Of a stretch of DNA of 64,000 nucleotides, positions 51,161-60,380 are shown piece by piece. Position 1 is the stretch's first letter, and each line of letters starts with the position of its first letter. The stretch spans positions 8,549 to 72,548 of the forward strand of contig CAVWAL010000016.1 in the NCBI GenBank assembly GCA_963752935.1, written 5' to 3'. The DNA is from an uncultured bacterium (lineage in GTDB: Bacteria > Chloroflexota > Anaerolineae > Caldilineales > Caldilineaceae). The notes under the pieces are model-generated. The model saw nothing but the letters and a program-made list of their open reading frames with translations, was not told the DNA's origin and searched no databases. The position numbers and the translations under genes are program-made.

Positions 51161-51970
51161 TTACGCCGACACTGGCTCGGCATCGGCAAACTCTTTTTCC
51201 ACCCAGCCGTAGCCCTTTTCTTCCAACATGTGGGCAACTTCGGGGCCGCCGGTCATCACAATGCGACCGCCGTGGAAAATGCTCACGAATGTCGGTGTGA
51301 CGTAGTTGAGCAAGCGCTGATAGTGAGTGATCATCAAGAAGCCGCGATCTTCGGTGGCCAGCTTGTTGATTCCTTCGGCCACAACTTTCAGCGCATCAAT
51401 ATCCAGGCCAGAGTCCGACTCGTCTAGAATGCCGAACTTGGGTTCGAGCATGGCCATCTGCAACACTTCGGTGCGCTTCTTCTCTCCACCCGAGAAACCC
51501 TCATTCAGGTAGCGACGAGCAAAGCTAGGATCGACGTTATACTCTTGCATCTTCTGGTTCAGCTCACGACGGAACTCACGCATGGGCATCAAGTTGCTGC
51601 CGATGACGCCGCTCTGACTTTCCTCGCGCTTTTCGGTGTAGCCGCGCACATTGGAAACCGCGGTGCGCAGAAAATTGGCAACACTGACGCCGGGCACTGA
51701 AACCGGGTATTGGAAGGCCAGGAAGAGACCAGCGCGAGCGCGCTCATCCGCTTCCATCTCGAGAATGCTCTCACCATCGATCAGAATATCACCCTCGGTG
51801 ATTTCGTAATGCGGGTGCCCGGCGATCACATAGGCCAGGGTGGACTTGCCCGAACCATTGGGGCCCATCAGCGCATGGATCTCACCGCTACGCAAAGTCA
51901 GATCAACGCCCTTAAGGATTTCAGTCTCCCCTACGGTCGCATGCAGATTACGGATCTCTAGAACGCTCAT
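51161..51970 (-). CDS. sufC: Fe-S cluster assembly ATPase SufC
   Basis: Walker A GPNGSGKST, signature NEGFSGGEKKR, Walker B LDESDSGLD. Confidence 0.95.
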   Translation of the reverse strand: MSVLEIRNLHATVGETEILKGVDLTLRSGEIHALMGPNGSGKSTLAYVIAGHPHYEITEGDILIDGESILEMEADERARAGLFLAFQYPVSVPGVSVANFLRTAVSNVRGYTEKREESQSGVIGSNLMPMREFRRELNQKMQEYNVDPSFARRYLNEGFSGGEKKRTEVLQMAMLEPKFGILDESDSGLDIDALKVVAEGINKLATEDRGFLMITHYQRLLNYVTPTFVSIFHGGRIVMTGGPEVAHMLEEKGYGWVEKEFADAEPVSA

Positions 51971-52159
51971 TGCTCACTTAACTCCTTCGTAAAATATGCA
52001 GGACAACAACAAAAAGTGGTTACAAAAACTGTTATCATAGATTCGGAACGCAGACAGCGCTCCTGAACGTAGCAAGCAATACCCAATACATGACATGAAC
52101 AGCGTAACCGTCATGTAGATAACTGCAAGTGCAGTAAATTACCAACTATTTCAAAACGG

Positions 52160-52855
52160 TCAATCACTCTGCAGTGCAAGATCTTCATGAAGGGCAATCG
52201 GTTGATTCTCATTGACGCCATTTTTGCTGACAACAAAGGAGCAGCCGCGATCGCCGTCCATGAGACAAGCACTAAGCGAAACATCACTGCCCAACACCTG
52301 CTGCAACATATCCTGATCCATTTCGCAGATTTGCCGGTGTTCCTGTGCCAGTTCATGATAGGGACAGTTGTAGGTTTTGAGGATGATTGTGTTCTCATCC
52401 TGCGGCATCACATCGGTAAGCACACCCTGTCGATTCAGCACAGTCGCCATCTGTTCAACACGACGGCTGAGGACATCGGCCGTCACACTGCCTGCATAGC
52501 GATTAGCCAGTCGATTGCTGACCCGATCCATCAGGGTTGATATTCGATCGGACCCTACCATCTCGAACATTTCTTCCAGCATAGTCAGCGCCAAATCATC
52601 GCAATGACAGGCAAACAACTCCTGCGCGGCCTCAGTGAGCACGTAAACGTGGTGGGGGCGCCCAACACCGGCATGGACTGTGGTGCGATCTATATATTCT
52701 TCCAACTGAAGCGTACGCAAATGTTGACGTACCGCCGTAGTTGTTACCCCCAACATCTGCTCAAGATCTTTGATCGTTGCCGCATGGTGGCGTTGCAGAT
52801 ACTCGATAATCTGCCAGGCCGGCGAATTTTTGTCATGAAATACACTAAGGACCAT
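52160..52855 (-). CDS. sufR: SufR-like winged-helix transcriptional regulator with a C-terminal Cys cluster
   Basis: The wHTH segment is IIEYLQRHHAATIKDLEQMLGVTTTAVRQHLRTL. C-terminal cysteines occur at CPYHELAQEHRQIC...SAC...GC. It heads the suf operon. Confidence 0.65.
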   Translation of the reverse strand: MVLSVFHDKNSPAWQIIEYLQRHHAATIKDLEQMLGVTTTAVRQHLRTLQLEEYIDRTTVHAGVGRPHHVYVLTEAAQELFACHCDDLALTMLEEMFEMVGSDRISTLMDRVSNRLANRYAGSVTADVLSRRVEQMATVLNRQGVLTDVMPQDENTIILKTYNCPYHELAQEHRQICEMDQDMLQQVLGSDVSLSACLMDGDRGCSFVVSKNGVNENQPIALHEDLALQSD

Positions 52856-53185
52856 TCGTCTTCCTGTCGGAAATTTGAAAAGGCGACACAGGGTACAGAG
52901 CAAAGAAGTTACTTGTCCTAGACTGAACATGAAGACCAAATAGCAGTCATCTTGTTTGCCCTGTGATGGATGTAAGTTTATCACCTCTCGAGGGGTTTTG
53001 TCAATTCTTGATGTTTTAATTGTTTTATCTAGCGGAACTGTTTTTAGTCGAGAAAATCAACCTAGTGTAGCACCTTGTCGAAGTAATTTCCAATTTCTGA
53101 CGGCTATACCACTAGACAAATTATGATCAACTGGATCATCTTTGGGAAGACGATCACACTTGTCTCTGGTGTGGCAACAGGAATT

Positions 53186-53214
53186 TTGACAGGGAGTGTC
53201 CACAATCGTATAAT
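53186..53214 (+). promoter_or_regulatory. Consensus sigma70 promoter of yceD-rpmF
   Basis: TTGACA (53186-53191), a 17-nt spacer, then TATAAT (53209-53214). Confidence 0.65.
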
Positions 53215-53354
53215 GCTCATCTGTCCGTCTGTGATCCACCGTGTCCGCCTGTTATTGGGCTGCGTTGAAAGGAGCGGAATCCTCTTCAGTCATGTTGCCC
53301 CATTAAGAACGACTGTTGTGAGATCAGCGTGTCGGACAGCGAAGGAGTTCAATC

Positions 53355-53951
53355 ATGCAATTTAATGTTGCTCAGCTCTTGAAGCAGCCCATAGGGGCTA
53401 CACGTGAGTATGAGTTGAATGAAGAGATCGAAGGACTTGACCCCGGACTCGTTCCACTTTCGCTCCTGACTGGCAAGGTCAAGTTGCTGCGCACTCATAG
53501 TGGGATTCTCGCCATAGGCGATTTAGAAGTCACGTTGGAAGTCAGCTGTAATCGTTGCCTGGAACCGGTGGAAATGGCGGTCACAAGCCATTTTGAAGAA
53601 AGCTTTCGCCCATTGACTGATGTAGAGACTGGGCGCTTCTTGATGCCACAGGAGTTCAAGGGGCAACAGGAAGAACTCAGCGACGCAGCGCTGATCATCG
53701 ACGATCATCATATTCTCGACGCGTCGGAGATCATTCGGCAGAACATCTGGTTGGGGATGCCGATGTACCCGGGCTGCACGTATGAGGACCCGGCTCACTG
53801 TCCGAATTTTGCCGTGCGACTTCAAGAGATTGAAGCTGTTCACAGTGATCTATATGAGGACGTGGAACCAGGCGCCGAGAATGTTGATCCACGTTGGGCA
53901 GCGCTCCTGGCGTTAAAGCAAAAGCAAGACGATCCAGAACGAGAAGGCTGA
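53355..53951 (+). CDS. yceD: YceD/DUF177 family protein (ribosome-assembly associated)
   Basis: It lies upstream of rpmF as in many bacteria. CNRCLEP motif. RBS GAAGGAG. Confidence 0.8.
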   Translation: MQFNVAQLLKQPIGATREYELNEEIEGLDPGLVPLSLLTGKVKLLRTHSGILAIGDLEVTLEVSCNRCLEPVEMAVTSHFEESFRPLTDVETGRFLMPQEFKGQQEELSDAALIIDDHHILDASEIIRQNIWLGMPMYPGCTYEDPAHCPNFAVRLQEIEAVHSDLYEDVEPGAENVDPRWAALLALKQKQDDPEREG

Positions 53952-54035
53952 ACGTTCTGTCTGATTGAATGATAACTATTCGTAAAATTTCTGTGTAAAT
54001 GTTGTCTGACAAATAATGGTTAAGGAGAATCCAAC

Positions 54036-54236
54036 ATGGGACCGCTACCAAAACGAAAACTTAGCAAGGGTCGCCGCGATCGTCGCCGCGCCCATGATGC
54101 CCTGGGCACCCCCAATCTGGTCAAGTGTGCGAAGTGCGGTCAGCCGTCACTGCCGCACCGAGTCTGCCCAAGCTGTGGCACCTATATGGGGCGGTTGCAG
54201 GTCATCGATGTAGATGAGACTGCAGCGGCGGCGTAA
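54036..54236 (+). CDS. rpmF: 50S ribosomal protein L32
   Basis: PKRKLSKGRRDRRRAH plus a CxxC...CxxC zinc ribbon. Confidence 0.95.
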   Translation: MGPLPKRKLSKGRRDRRRAHDALGTPNLVKCAKCGQPSLPHRVCPSCGTYMGRLQVIDVDETAAAA

Positions 54237-54260
54237 GATAAGTCAACTGATGGGAACGTA

Positions 54261-54300
54261 AAACAGGGGATTGGGCATCTGCTTCAATCCCCTGTTTCTT
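54261..54300 (+). terminator. Rho-independent terminator after rpmF
   Basis: AAACAGGGGATTG pairs with CAATCCCCTGTTT, followed by TTTCTT. Confidence 0.75.
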
Positions 54301-54341
54301 GTCTTGGGCACGATTCACCCCAACCACAATGGCAAAGGCTT

Positions 54342-55316
54342 ATGTCCGAATTTTCTTACACTGACAAATCCTTCCCTTTGGCCTTGATCTTCCCAGGGCA
54401 GGGCAGCCAACACGTGGGCATGGTGCAAGATCTGGTTGCACAATTCCCCGTTGCCCGGGAGACGCTGCAAGAAGCCGATGAAATCTTAGGCTTTGACCTG
54501 AGCCGACTAAGTGCTGAAGGGCCGGCCGACACACTGACGGCAACCATCAATGCACAACCTGCGTTATTGGCGGCAAGTATTGCTGCCTTGCGCGTGTTGC
54601 AGCAGGAAATGGGCAGTTTGCCGCGTCCGCGCTTCTTTGCAGGGCATAGTTTGGGTGAGTACAGCAGTCTTGTAGCCGCAAACAGCATCTCGTTTGCCGA
54701 CGGACTACGCCTTGTTCGCGAACGGGGCCGGTTGATGACCGAGGCCGGGGCCATGAAGGCAGGCATGATGGCCGCCGTGTTGGGGCTGGATGAAGCCACG
54801 GTGGCGCAGACATGCGCCGCGGCCATGGCAGACGGTGGCGGACTGGCTCAGATTGCCAATGACAATTGTCCTGGTCAGGTCGTCATTTCGGGCGACAAGC
54901 CGGGCATGGAAAGGGCTATCTCTGCTCTTCAGGCCGCCGGCGCACGCAAAGTCGTACCCCTGGAGGTGAGCATTGCCTCTCATAGCCCATTGATGGCCCC
55001 GGTTGCTGCACAGTTGCGTGCTGCCGTTCAAGCAACACCCATCGAGCCACCGACTGTGCCGCTTATCGCCAATACGACGGCCCGACCGATTGTCGACTCG
55101 ACGGCCATTGTCGATGAACTGGCGGCACAGCTTACCGGTAGTGTCCTATGGACAGGATCGATCCAATACGCCGTCGATGCCGGTGTATCCGTTTTCGCCG
55201 AAGTCGGCCCTGGTGCCGTTCTCACCGGCCTGATCAAACGCATCGCCCGCGAGGCGGAACGAATCAACGTCGCCGATCCAGCAGGGGTTGAGTCTTTTCG
55301 CAAACGTTTTGCCTGA
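54342..55316 (+). CDS. fabD: Malonyl-CoA:ACP transacylase
   Basis: FPGQGSQ and GHSLGEYS active-site motifs. Confidence 0.95.
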   Translation: MSEFSYTDKSFPLALIFPGQGSQHVGMVQDLVAQFPVARETLQEADEILGFDLSRLSAEGPADTLTATINAQPALLAASIAALRVLQQEMGSLPRPRFFAGHSLGEYSSLVAANSISFADGLRLVRERGRLMTEAGAMKAGMMAAVLGLDEATVAQTCAAAMADGGGLAQIANDNCPGQVVISGDKPGMERAISALQAAGARKVVPLEVSIASHSPLMAPVAAQLRAAVQATPIEPPTVPLIANTTARPIVDSTAIVDELAAQLTGSVLWTGSIQYAVDAGVSVFAEVGPGAVLTGLIKRIAREAERINVADPAGVESFRKRFA

Positions 55317-55488
55317 TAGAACCCGACTAAGTTTCAACTCTATCTTCAACTGTAGCAACTACAATGTAGCAACTACAATCGACGACAAGGATCAGTTGCG
55401 TCTCTTTCGACACCGCGCTGGATGTGCGCTATAATGATACACACACTCCACTGCGCAAAAGACGATAATTCACTTCGAGCGAGGCAAT

Positions 55489-56238
55489 TTGATGGAGTTT
55501 TCGGGGAAAGTGGCGTTAGTCACCGGGAGCAGTAGCGGTATTGGCGCTGCCATCGCAAAGGAATTGGCGGCACAGGGCGCTCGTGTAGCGATCCATTATC
55601 GCGGCAATCAGGACGGCGCAGAACAAGTAGCGTCCCACATCCGAGAGGCCGGCGGCGAATGCGCCATCTTTCAAGGGGATGTAGGCAATTTGGAGGCGGC
55701 GCAGGCGTTGGTCAAAGCCGTTGAAGAGAGCCTGGGCGCCATCAGTATTCTGGTCAACAACGCAGGGACAACGGCCGACACGCTTCTGCTGAGTATGAAG
55801 CCTGACGAGTGGGAACGGGTGATCCAGACCAATCTCAACAGTGTCTATTACGTCACCAAAGCAGCTATGCGCAAGATGCTGCGGGCGCGGTGGGGGCGGA
55901 TCATCAATATCACCAGCGTCGTAGGGTTGGCCGGGCAGGCGGGGCAAAGCAACTATGCCGCCAGCAAAGCCGGCATCATTGGTTTCACCAAGAGCGTGGC
56001 CAAAGAAGTTGGCAGTCGTAACATCACCGTCAATGCGGTAGCGCCCGGGTTTATCCCCACGGCGCTGACAGATCTCCTCACTGAAGAGCAGCGTGCGCAG
56101 ACAATTGCGGCTACACCGGTCGGCCGTTTGGGTGAACCCGAAGAAATTGCATGGGCGGTTGCCTTCCTGGCAAGTGAGCGCTCCAGTTTTATAACCGGCC
56201 ATGTTCTGACTGTGGATGGTGGGCTGGTCATGCAGTAA
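55489..56238 (+). CDS. fabG: 3-oxoacyl-ACP reductase
   Basis: TGSSSGIGAAIA, NNAG and YAASKAG SDR motifs. Confidence 0.9.
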   Translation: MMEFSGKVALVTGSSSGIGAAIAKELAAQGARVAIHYRGNQDGAEQVASHIREAGGECAIFQGDVGNLEAAQALVKAVEESLGAISILVNNAGTTADTLLLSMKPDEWERVIQTNLNSVYYVTKAAMRKMLRARWGRIINITSVVGLAGQAGQSNYAASKAGIIGFTKSVAKEVGSRNITVNAVAPGFIPTALTDLLTEEQRAQTIAATPVGRLGEPEEIAWAVAFLASERSSFITGHVLTVDGGLVMQ

Positions 56239-56317
56239 CTTGCACAATCCGCACAGACAACGTACAGTCTAGAGAAATCTTCTAGATGTACATTTCTATT
56301 GGATAACGATTGATTTC

Positions 56318-56842
56318 ATGGCTGGACACTCTCCGCATTCCCCAAATGAGCAGGTTCCGTCGCAAGGTGATCAGCCCGGGGCGAAACGCCGGCCCTTTCC
56401 GCGTGACGATGAGACTCGATTTCAGCAGATTCGCACCCGTCACAAAGCGCGTCAGACTGCACTACAGGTGCTCTACGAGGTCGATACCACAGGCCATAAA
56501 CCGGGCCGCGTATTGGATGCACGTCAGGCTGATGCACGACTCGACAACGATGGTCTTGTCTTTTTACGCTGGTTGATCAGTGGTGTTATTGAAAACCTGG
56601 CGGATCTCGATCAATTGATCGGCCGTTATGCCCCAGATTGGCCTGTGCAACAATTAGCAATTGTTGATCGTAATATTTTGCGTCTGTCCATTTTTGAATT
56701 GCTTAGCCCTGATTCGGATGCACCGCACAAAGTCGTGATCAATGAAGCGGTAGAACTGGCTAAAATCTTCGGCAGCGACAGTAGTCCACGCTTCGTTAAT
56801 GGCGTGCTGGGGACAGCGCTGGCCGAGATGTCACCCGATTAA
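56318..56842 (+). CDS. nusB: Transcription antitermination factor NusB
   Basis: RHKARQTALQVLYEVD, and VINEAVELAKIFG near the C-terminus. Confidence 0.9.
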   Translation: MAGHSPHSPNEQVPSQGDQPGAKRRPFPRDDETRFQQIRTRHKARQTALQVLYEVDTTGHKPGRVLDARQADARLDNDGLVFLRWLISGVIENLADLDQLIGRYAPDWPVQQLAIVDRNILRLSIFELLSPDSDAPHKVVINEAVELAKIFGSDSSPRFVNGVLGTALAEMSPD

Positions 56843-56922
56843 GGCAGCCCCCGTCGTACCGATGTAGTTTGTGCCTTGGGTACCGGCAGCATCAACCCGG
56901 TCTATTCGGACTTACAACGCTT

Positions 56923-57750
56923 ATGGATAGCTTCTTCGGTATTGGTGTTTTTGAACTGGTCTTTATTGTCATATTTGCCCTCATTTTTTTGGGGCCAGAG
57001 CGCCTGCCAGGTCTGTTGCGACAGATCATCGCCGTCATTCGACAGGTGCGCGACCTGACTGCCGATGTTACCAAGCAGTTTAACGACGAATTCGGCGATC
57101 TGGCGGAGCTAGATCCGCGCCGTCAGATCCAAAAGGCGTTGAACGAAACAACTTCTGAGATCAAAGAGGCCACCAAACCGGTCACCAAGTCCCTCGCAAA
57201 GCCCACTGCCAAGCCCACAACGGCCAAGAGTACGCCGCCCAAGACACCGGCCAAACCAATAGCCGCAAAAGCCGGCACCGATAGCGCCGGTGAAGCGGCC
57301 GGCAGTGTGACTGCCGCGGAATCGGCGGCGGCAGTGACTACGGCTGCTTCCGCTGCAGGGACAGATGGACACAAGGACGAGCCCAAAATCGCCGGCGATC
57401 AAAACACAGATACGACGATGGACCGCGCTCATTCAACCGAGCCTGCAGTTCAGGCCCAGGCTGAAGACGAATCCATTGTGGTGAAGCCCACGCCAAAACA
57501 GCCGTCGCCCGATGATCAGATTTCGCCTGCCTCTGCCTATTTTGCCGACAAAGCTGCTCACCCGGCACCTGAAGATAATGGGGCAAACCCGTCGGCGAAT
57601 CATTCCGTCGCCATGAAGGCGGCCGATGTTGACATGGTTGAAGAGAACAAGATTGCCCCTCCTTCGGCACAGCACCCTTCTCGTAGCGATGTATCTGTTT
57701 CTGAATCTGAGCAAGCGGATGAGCCCGCACCCGAGGAGGAAAGTAGATGA
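56923..57750 (+). CDS. tatB: Twin-arginine translocase TatA/TatB-family protein with a long disordered tail
   Basis: MDSFFGIGVFELVFIVIFALIFLGPERLP followed by an amphipathic helix and a ~200 aa Ala/Pro/Lys/Thr-rich tail. It overlaps tatC by 4 nt. Confidence 0.8.
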   Translation: MDSFFGIGVFELVFIVIFALIFLGPERLPGLLRQIIAVIRQVRDLTADVTKQFNDEFGDLAELDPRRQIQKALNETTSEIKEATKPVTKSLAKPTAKPTTAKSTPPKTPAKPIAAKAGTDSAGEAAGSVTAAESAAAVTTAASAAGTDGHKDEPKIAGDQNTDTTMDRAHSTEPAVQAQAEDESIVVKPTPKQPSPDDQISPASAYFADKAAHPAPEDNGANPSANHSVAMKAADVDMVEENKIAPPSAQHPSRSDVSVSESEQADEPAPEEESR

Positions 57751-58508
57751 GCCAAGGTGAGATGGTCCCTCAGTACGATCCTGTCGAAGACAGTCGTATG
57801 GGGTTATTGGAACATCTGGGTGAGTTACGCACACGCTTGATTTGGGTGGTGGGCGCGCTTCTGATTGGAACACTGGTCAGTTTCATTTTTGTCGAGCGAC
57901 TTCTAGCGATCATTACGGAGCCGGTAGGCGAAGCGTTGATTGCCATCGGCCCCACCGACACCATCGGGATTTTCTTCCGCGTCGGGTTTGTCGCCGGTGC
58001 GGTGATCGCTATGCCGGTGATTGTGTACCAGATTGTGGCCTTTATTGCGCCGGGACTTTATCCGCACGAGAAGCGCATGCTTTTCCTGATCTTGCCCGGT
58101 ATTATGGCGTTATTCTTAATCGGTGCGTGGTTTGCTTTCAAAATCATGCTGCCGGTGGCTACCGGGTTCTTGCAGAACTTCCTCGGTTCTGTGATTAATC
58201 AGGAATGGACGATCGACCGCTATGTCAGTTTTGTGACGCGTATCGTGTTTTGGATCGGCGTCTTCTTTGAGACGCCTTTGGTGATTGCCTTCCTGGCCCG
58301 TATCGGCCTGGTAACCGGGCCCAAGCTGTTAAGCTACTGGAGACAGGCGATAGTGGGCGTGTCGGTCATTGCCGCCATTATCACCCCGACGGTAGATCCA
58401 GTGAACATGGCGATTGTGATGTTGCCACTCATTGTGCTCTACTTTCTGGGGGTAGGGCTGGCCTATATCCTTTACCGTCCTCGTGAACCACGTGACTTCT
58501 CTGACTAA
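57747..58508 (+). CDS. tatC: Twin-arginine translocase subunit TatC
   Basis: LEHLGELRTRLI start and a 6-TM pattern. Confidence 0.9.
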   Translation: MSQGEMVPQYDPVEDSRMGLLEHLGELRTRLIWVVGALLIGTLVSFIFVERLLAIITEPVGEALIAIGPTDTIGIFFRVGFVAGAVIAMPVIVYQIVAFIAPGLYPHEKRMLFLILPGIMALFLIGAWFAFKIMLPVATGFLQNFLGSVINQEWTIDRYVSFVTRIVFWIGVFFETPLVIAFLARIGLVTGPKLLSYWRQAIVGVSVIAAIITPTVDPVNMAIVMLPLIVLYFLGVGLAYILYRPREPRDFSD

Positions 58509-58550
58509 GGAGTGGGGTAGGCCCCAGTCCACGCACAGCTAAACCGATCC

Positions 58551-58600
58551 GTCCAAAACGAAACCGGCGAGCCAGATGGCTCGCCGGTTTCGTTTTGGAC
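58551..58600. terminator. Perfect 23-bp stem bidirectional terminator between tatC and nfo
   Basis: GTCCAAAACGAAACCGGCGAGCC - AGAT - GGCTCGCCGGTTTCGTTTTGGAC. Confidence 0.8.
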
Positions 58601-58634
58601 TCATGCGTAGCTTTGCACAGGCGAAATCATCCGC

Positions 58635-59531
58635 TCAGGTGGGTCGCAGACCTTGAGCGAGGCGTGTGCCATCTTCGACCAATGCAGCCAACGCCGCCAA
58701 ATTGCGAGCGTCGTTGCCGTCGCCATCGTCATCCTTGGGCGTCTCGAGCAGCATGGGCACCCCATCCCAGCGCGCATCATTCAGAATCAGGCCAAAACCG
58801 GCGAGGCCAATCTCGCCTTCACCAATATGCGCATGACGGTCCTTGCGGCTGTTCAAACCGGATACGCTGTCGTTGAAGTGCCAACACTTGACTCGATCCA
58901 ACCCTACCGTCTTTTCAATCGTGGACATCATGGCGGCATAGCCTTCTTCGTTGCGCAGATCGTAGCCTGCAGCGAATGCATGACAGGTGTCGATGCAAAC
59001 ACCGACACGCTCGTCATCTGTGACATTTGCTATGATCTCCGCCAGTTGCTCAAACGAATAGCCCAACGTTGTGCCCTGCCCGGCGGTCAATTCGAGGAGT
59101 GTCAGTGTGTCCGCATAGGACGGCGTCTGCGCATGGATCTGGTTGAGCGCAGCAGCAATGCGCTGAAGGCCGGCGTCTTCACCGCTGCCTGTGTGCGCCC
59201 CTGGATGCAACACCACATGAGGGATACCGTAGGCATGGGCGCGTTTGAGTTCATCTGCCTGGGCGCGCTGACTCTTTTCCCACAGATCGTCCTTGGGGGT
59301 GGCCAGGTTGATCAAGTAGGTGGCATGGCTGACAGCATATTCCACCCCCGACGGGGTCATCTGCTCGTTCCATCGCGTCACGTCGTCCTCGTCGACCGGT
59401 GGTCCATTCCACTGACGATTGTTCTTGGTAAAGACCTGTACTGCATTGCTATAAACGGCGGCTGCACTGTCGAGTGCATTGCTGATGCCGCCCGAAATGG
59501 ACATATGCGCGCCAAGTTTCAACCCCTGCAT
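58635..59531 (-). CDS. nfo: Deoxyribonuclease IV (endonuclease IV)
   Basis: Start at MQGLKLGAHMSISGG after GGGAG. VLHPGAH, CIDTCHAFAAGYD and WHFNDS metal-site motifs. The upstream ORF extension runs into the repeat element. Confidence 0.9.
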   Translation of the reverse strand: MQGLKLGAHMSISGGISNALDSAAAVYSNAVQVFTKNNRQWNGPPVDEDDVTRWNEQMTPSGVEYAVSHATYLINLATPKDDLWEKSQRAQADELKRAHAYGIPHVVLHPGAHTGSGEDAGLQRIAAALNQIHAQTPSYADTLTLLELTAGQGTTLGYSFEQLAEIIANVTDDERVGVCIDTCHAFAAGYDLRNEEGYAAMMSTIEKTVGLDRVKCWHFNDSVSGLNSRKDRHAHIGEGEIGLAGFGLILNDARWDGVPMLLETPKDDDGDGNDARNLAALAALVEDGTRLAQGLRPT

Positions 59532-59653
59532 GGTGACTCCCATCTTTCGTGCGAATAGATCGTGGCAGAAATTACAACATTGTTCTACTGTCTCGTTGCC
59601 GGTTGATTGTACTGCACAAGCTACGGGCGCGCCTAACCGTCCGCGCCGGTAGG

Positions 59654-60108
59654 GTGCGTCCCAAGTGTTTCGGTTCTGATCTTCCGGGCAGCCTGCAGAA
59701 CGGACCGGCACGGAGGCCGGTCCCTACACGTAGGGATGGACCTCCGTGTCCATCCGTGATCGTCCACCAACCCGAAACGGACCGGCACGGAGGCCGGTCC
59801 CTACCGTAGGGATGGACCTCCGTGTCCATCCGTGATCGTCCACCGACCCAGAACGGACCGGCACGGAGGCCGGTCCCTACCGTAGGGATGGACCTCCGTG
59901 TCCATCCGTGATCGTCCACCAACCCGAAACGGACCGGCACGGAGGCCGGTCCCTACACGTAGGGATGGACCTCCGTGTCCATCCGTGATCGTCCACCAAC
60001 CCGAAACGGACCGGCACGGAGGCCGGTCCCTACCGTAGGGATGGACCTCCGTGTCCATCCGTCGTGGCTTCCCGGTAGACATGGACCACCCAATACTATG
60101 GGACACAC
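59654..60108 (+). mobile_element. MITE-like element carrying a tandem double-hairpin array
   Basis: Imperfect terminal inverted repeats GTGCGTCCCA / TGGGACACAC. The arms are shared with the 35387-35541 copy. It is bracketed by the 16-nt direct repeat CCGCGCCGGTAGGGTG (59641-59656 and 60109-60124). Confidence 0.6.
59701..60062. repeat. Tandem repeat, 5 units of 76/77 nt (last unit lacks the linker)
   Basis: Units start at 59701, 59778, 59854, 59930 and 60007. Each unit contains GGACCGGCACGGAGGCCGGTCC and GGATGGACCTCCGTGTCCATCC hairpins. Confidence 0.95.
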
Positions 60109-60380
60109 CCGCGCCGGTAGGGTGTGTGGACACTTCCCAGTGTCACGGGTTGTGTCTACCCTATGTAAGCGCAAATGTAACGGTTATTCATGGCATTTGT
60201 GCACAGTTCTGGTATAATTGAGAGTGGTTGTGCGCTCCATGCCCTACGTATCCTGGTGTGGGCGTGTTCGCCAGACAAAGAGCGCTGTAACCGTGAATGC
60301 ATTTTGCAGTGGCAAGCAGCTTCCGTAGCTTGTTTTGTCGCTGTCCACGATAGATTCAACCTAGTGTAAGGAGATTTTCC

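Noticed and set aside
59695-60062. Could the regular GC-rich palindromic repeats be a CRISPR array?
   Set aside because: The units are directly tandem (76/77-nt period) with no unique spacers between them. No cas genes are nearby, and each unit contains two hairpins plus a conserved linker.
59572-60174. ORFs of 73-122 aa reading through the repeat array (e.g. 59572-59940, 59801-60133, 59953-60174)
   Set aside because: The repeat period is not divisible by 3, so the peptide repeats shift frame from unit to unit. The same sequence occurs in both orientations in intergenic DNA. These are artefacts of the repeat.
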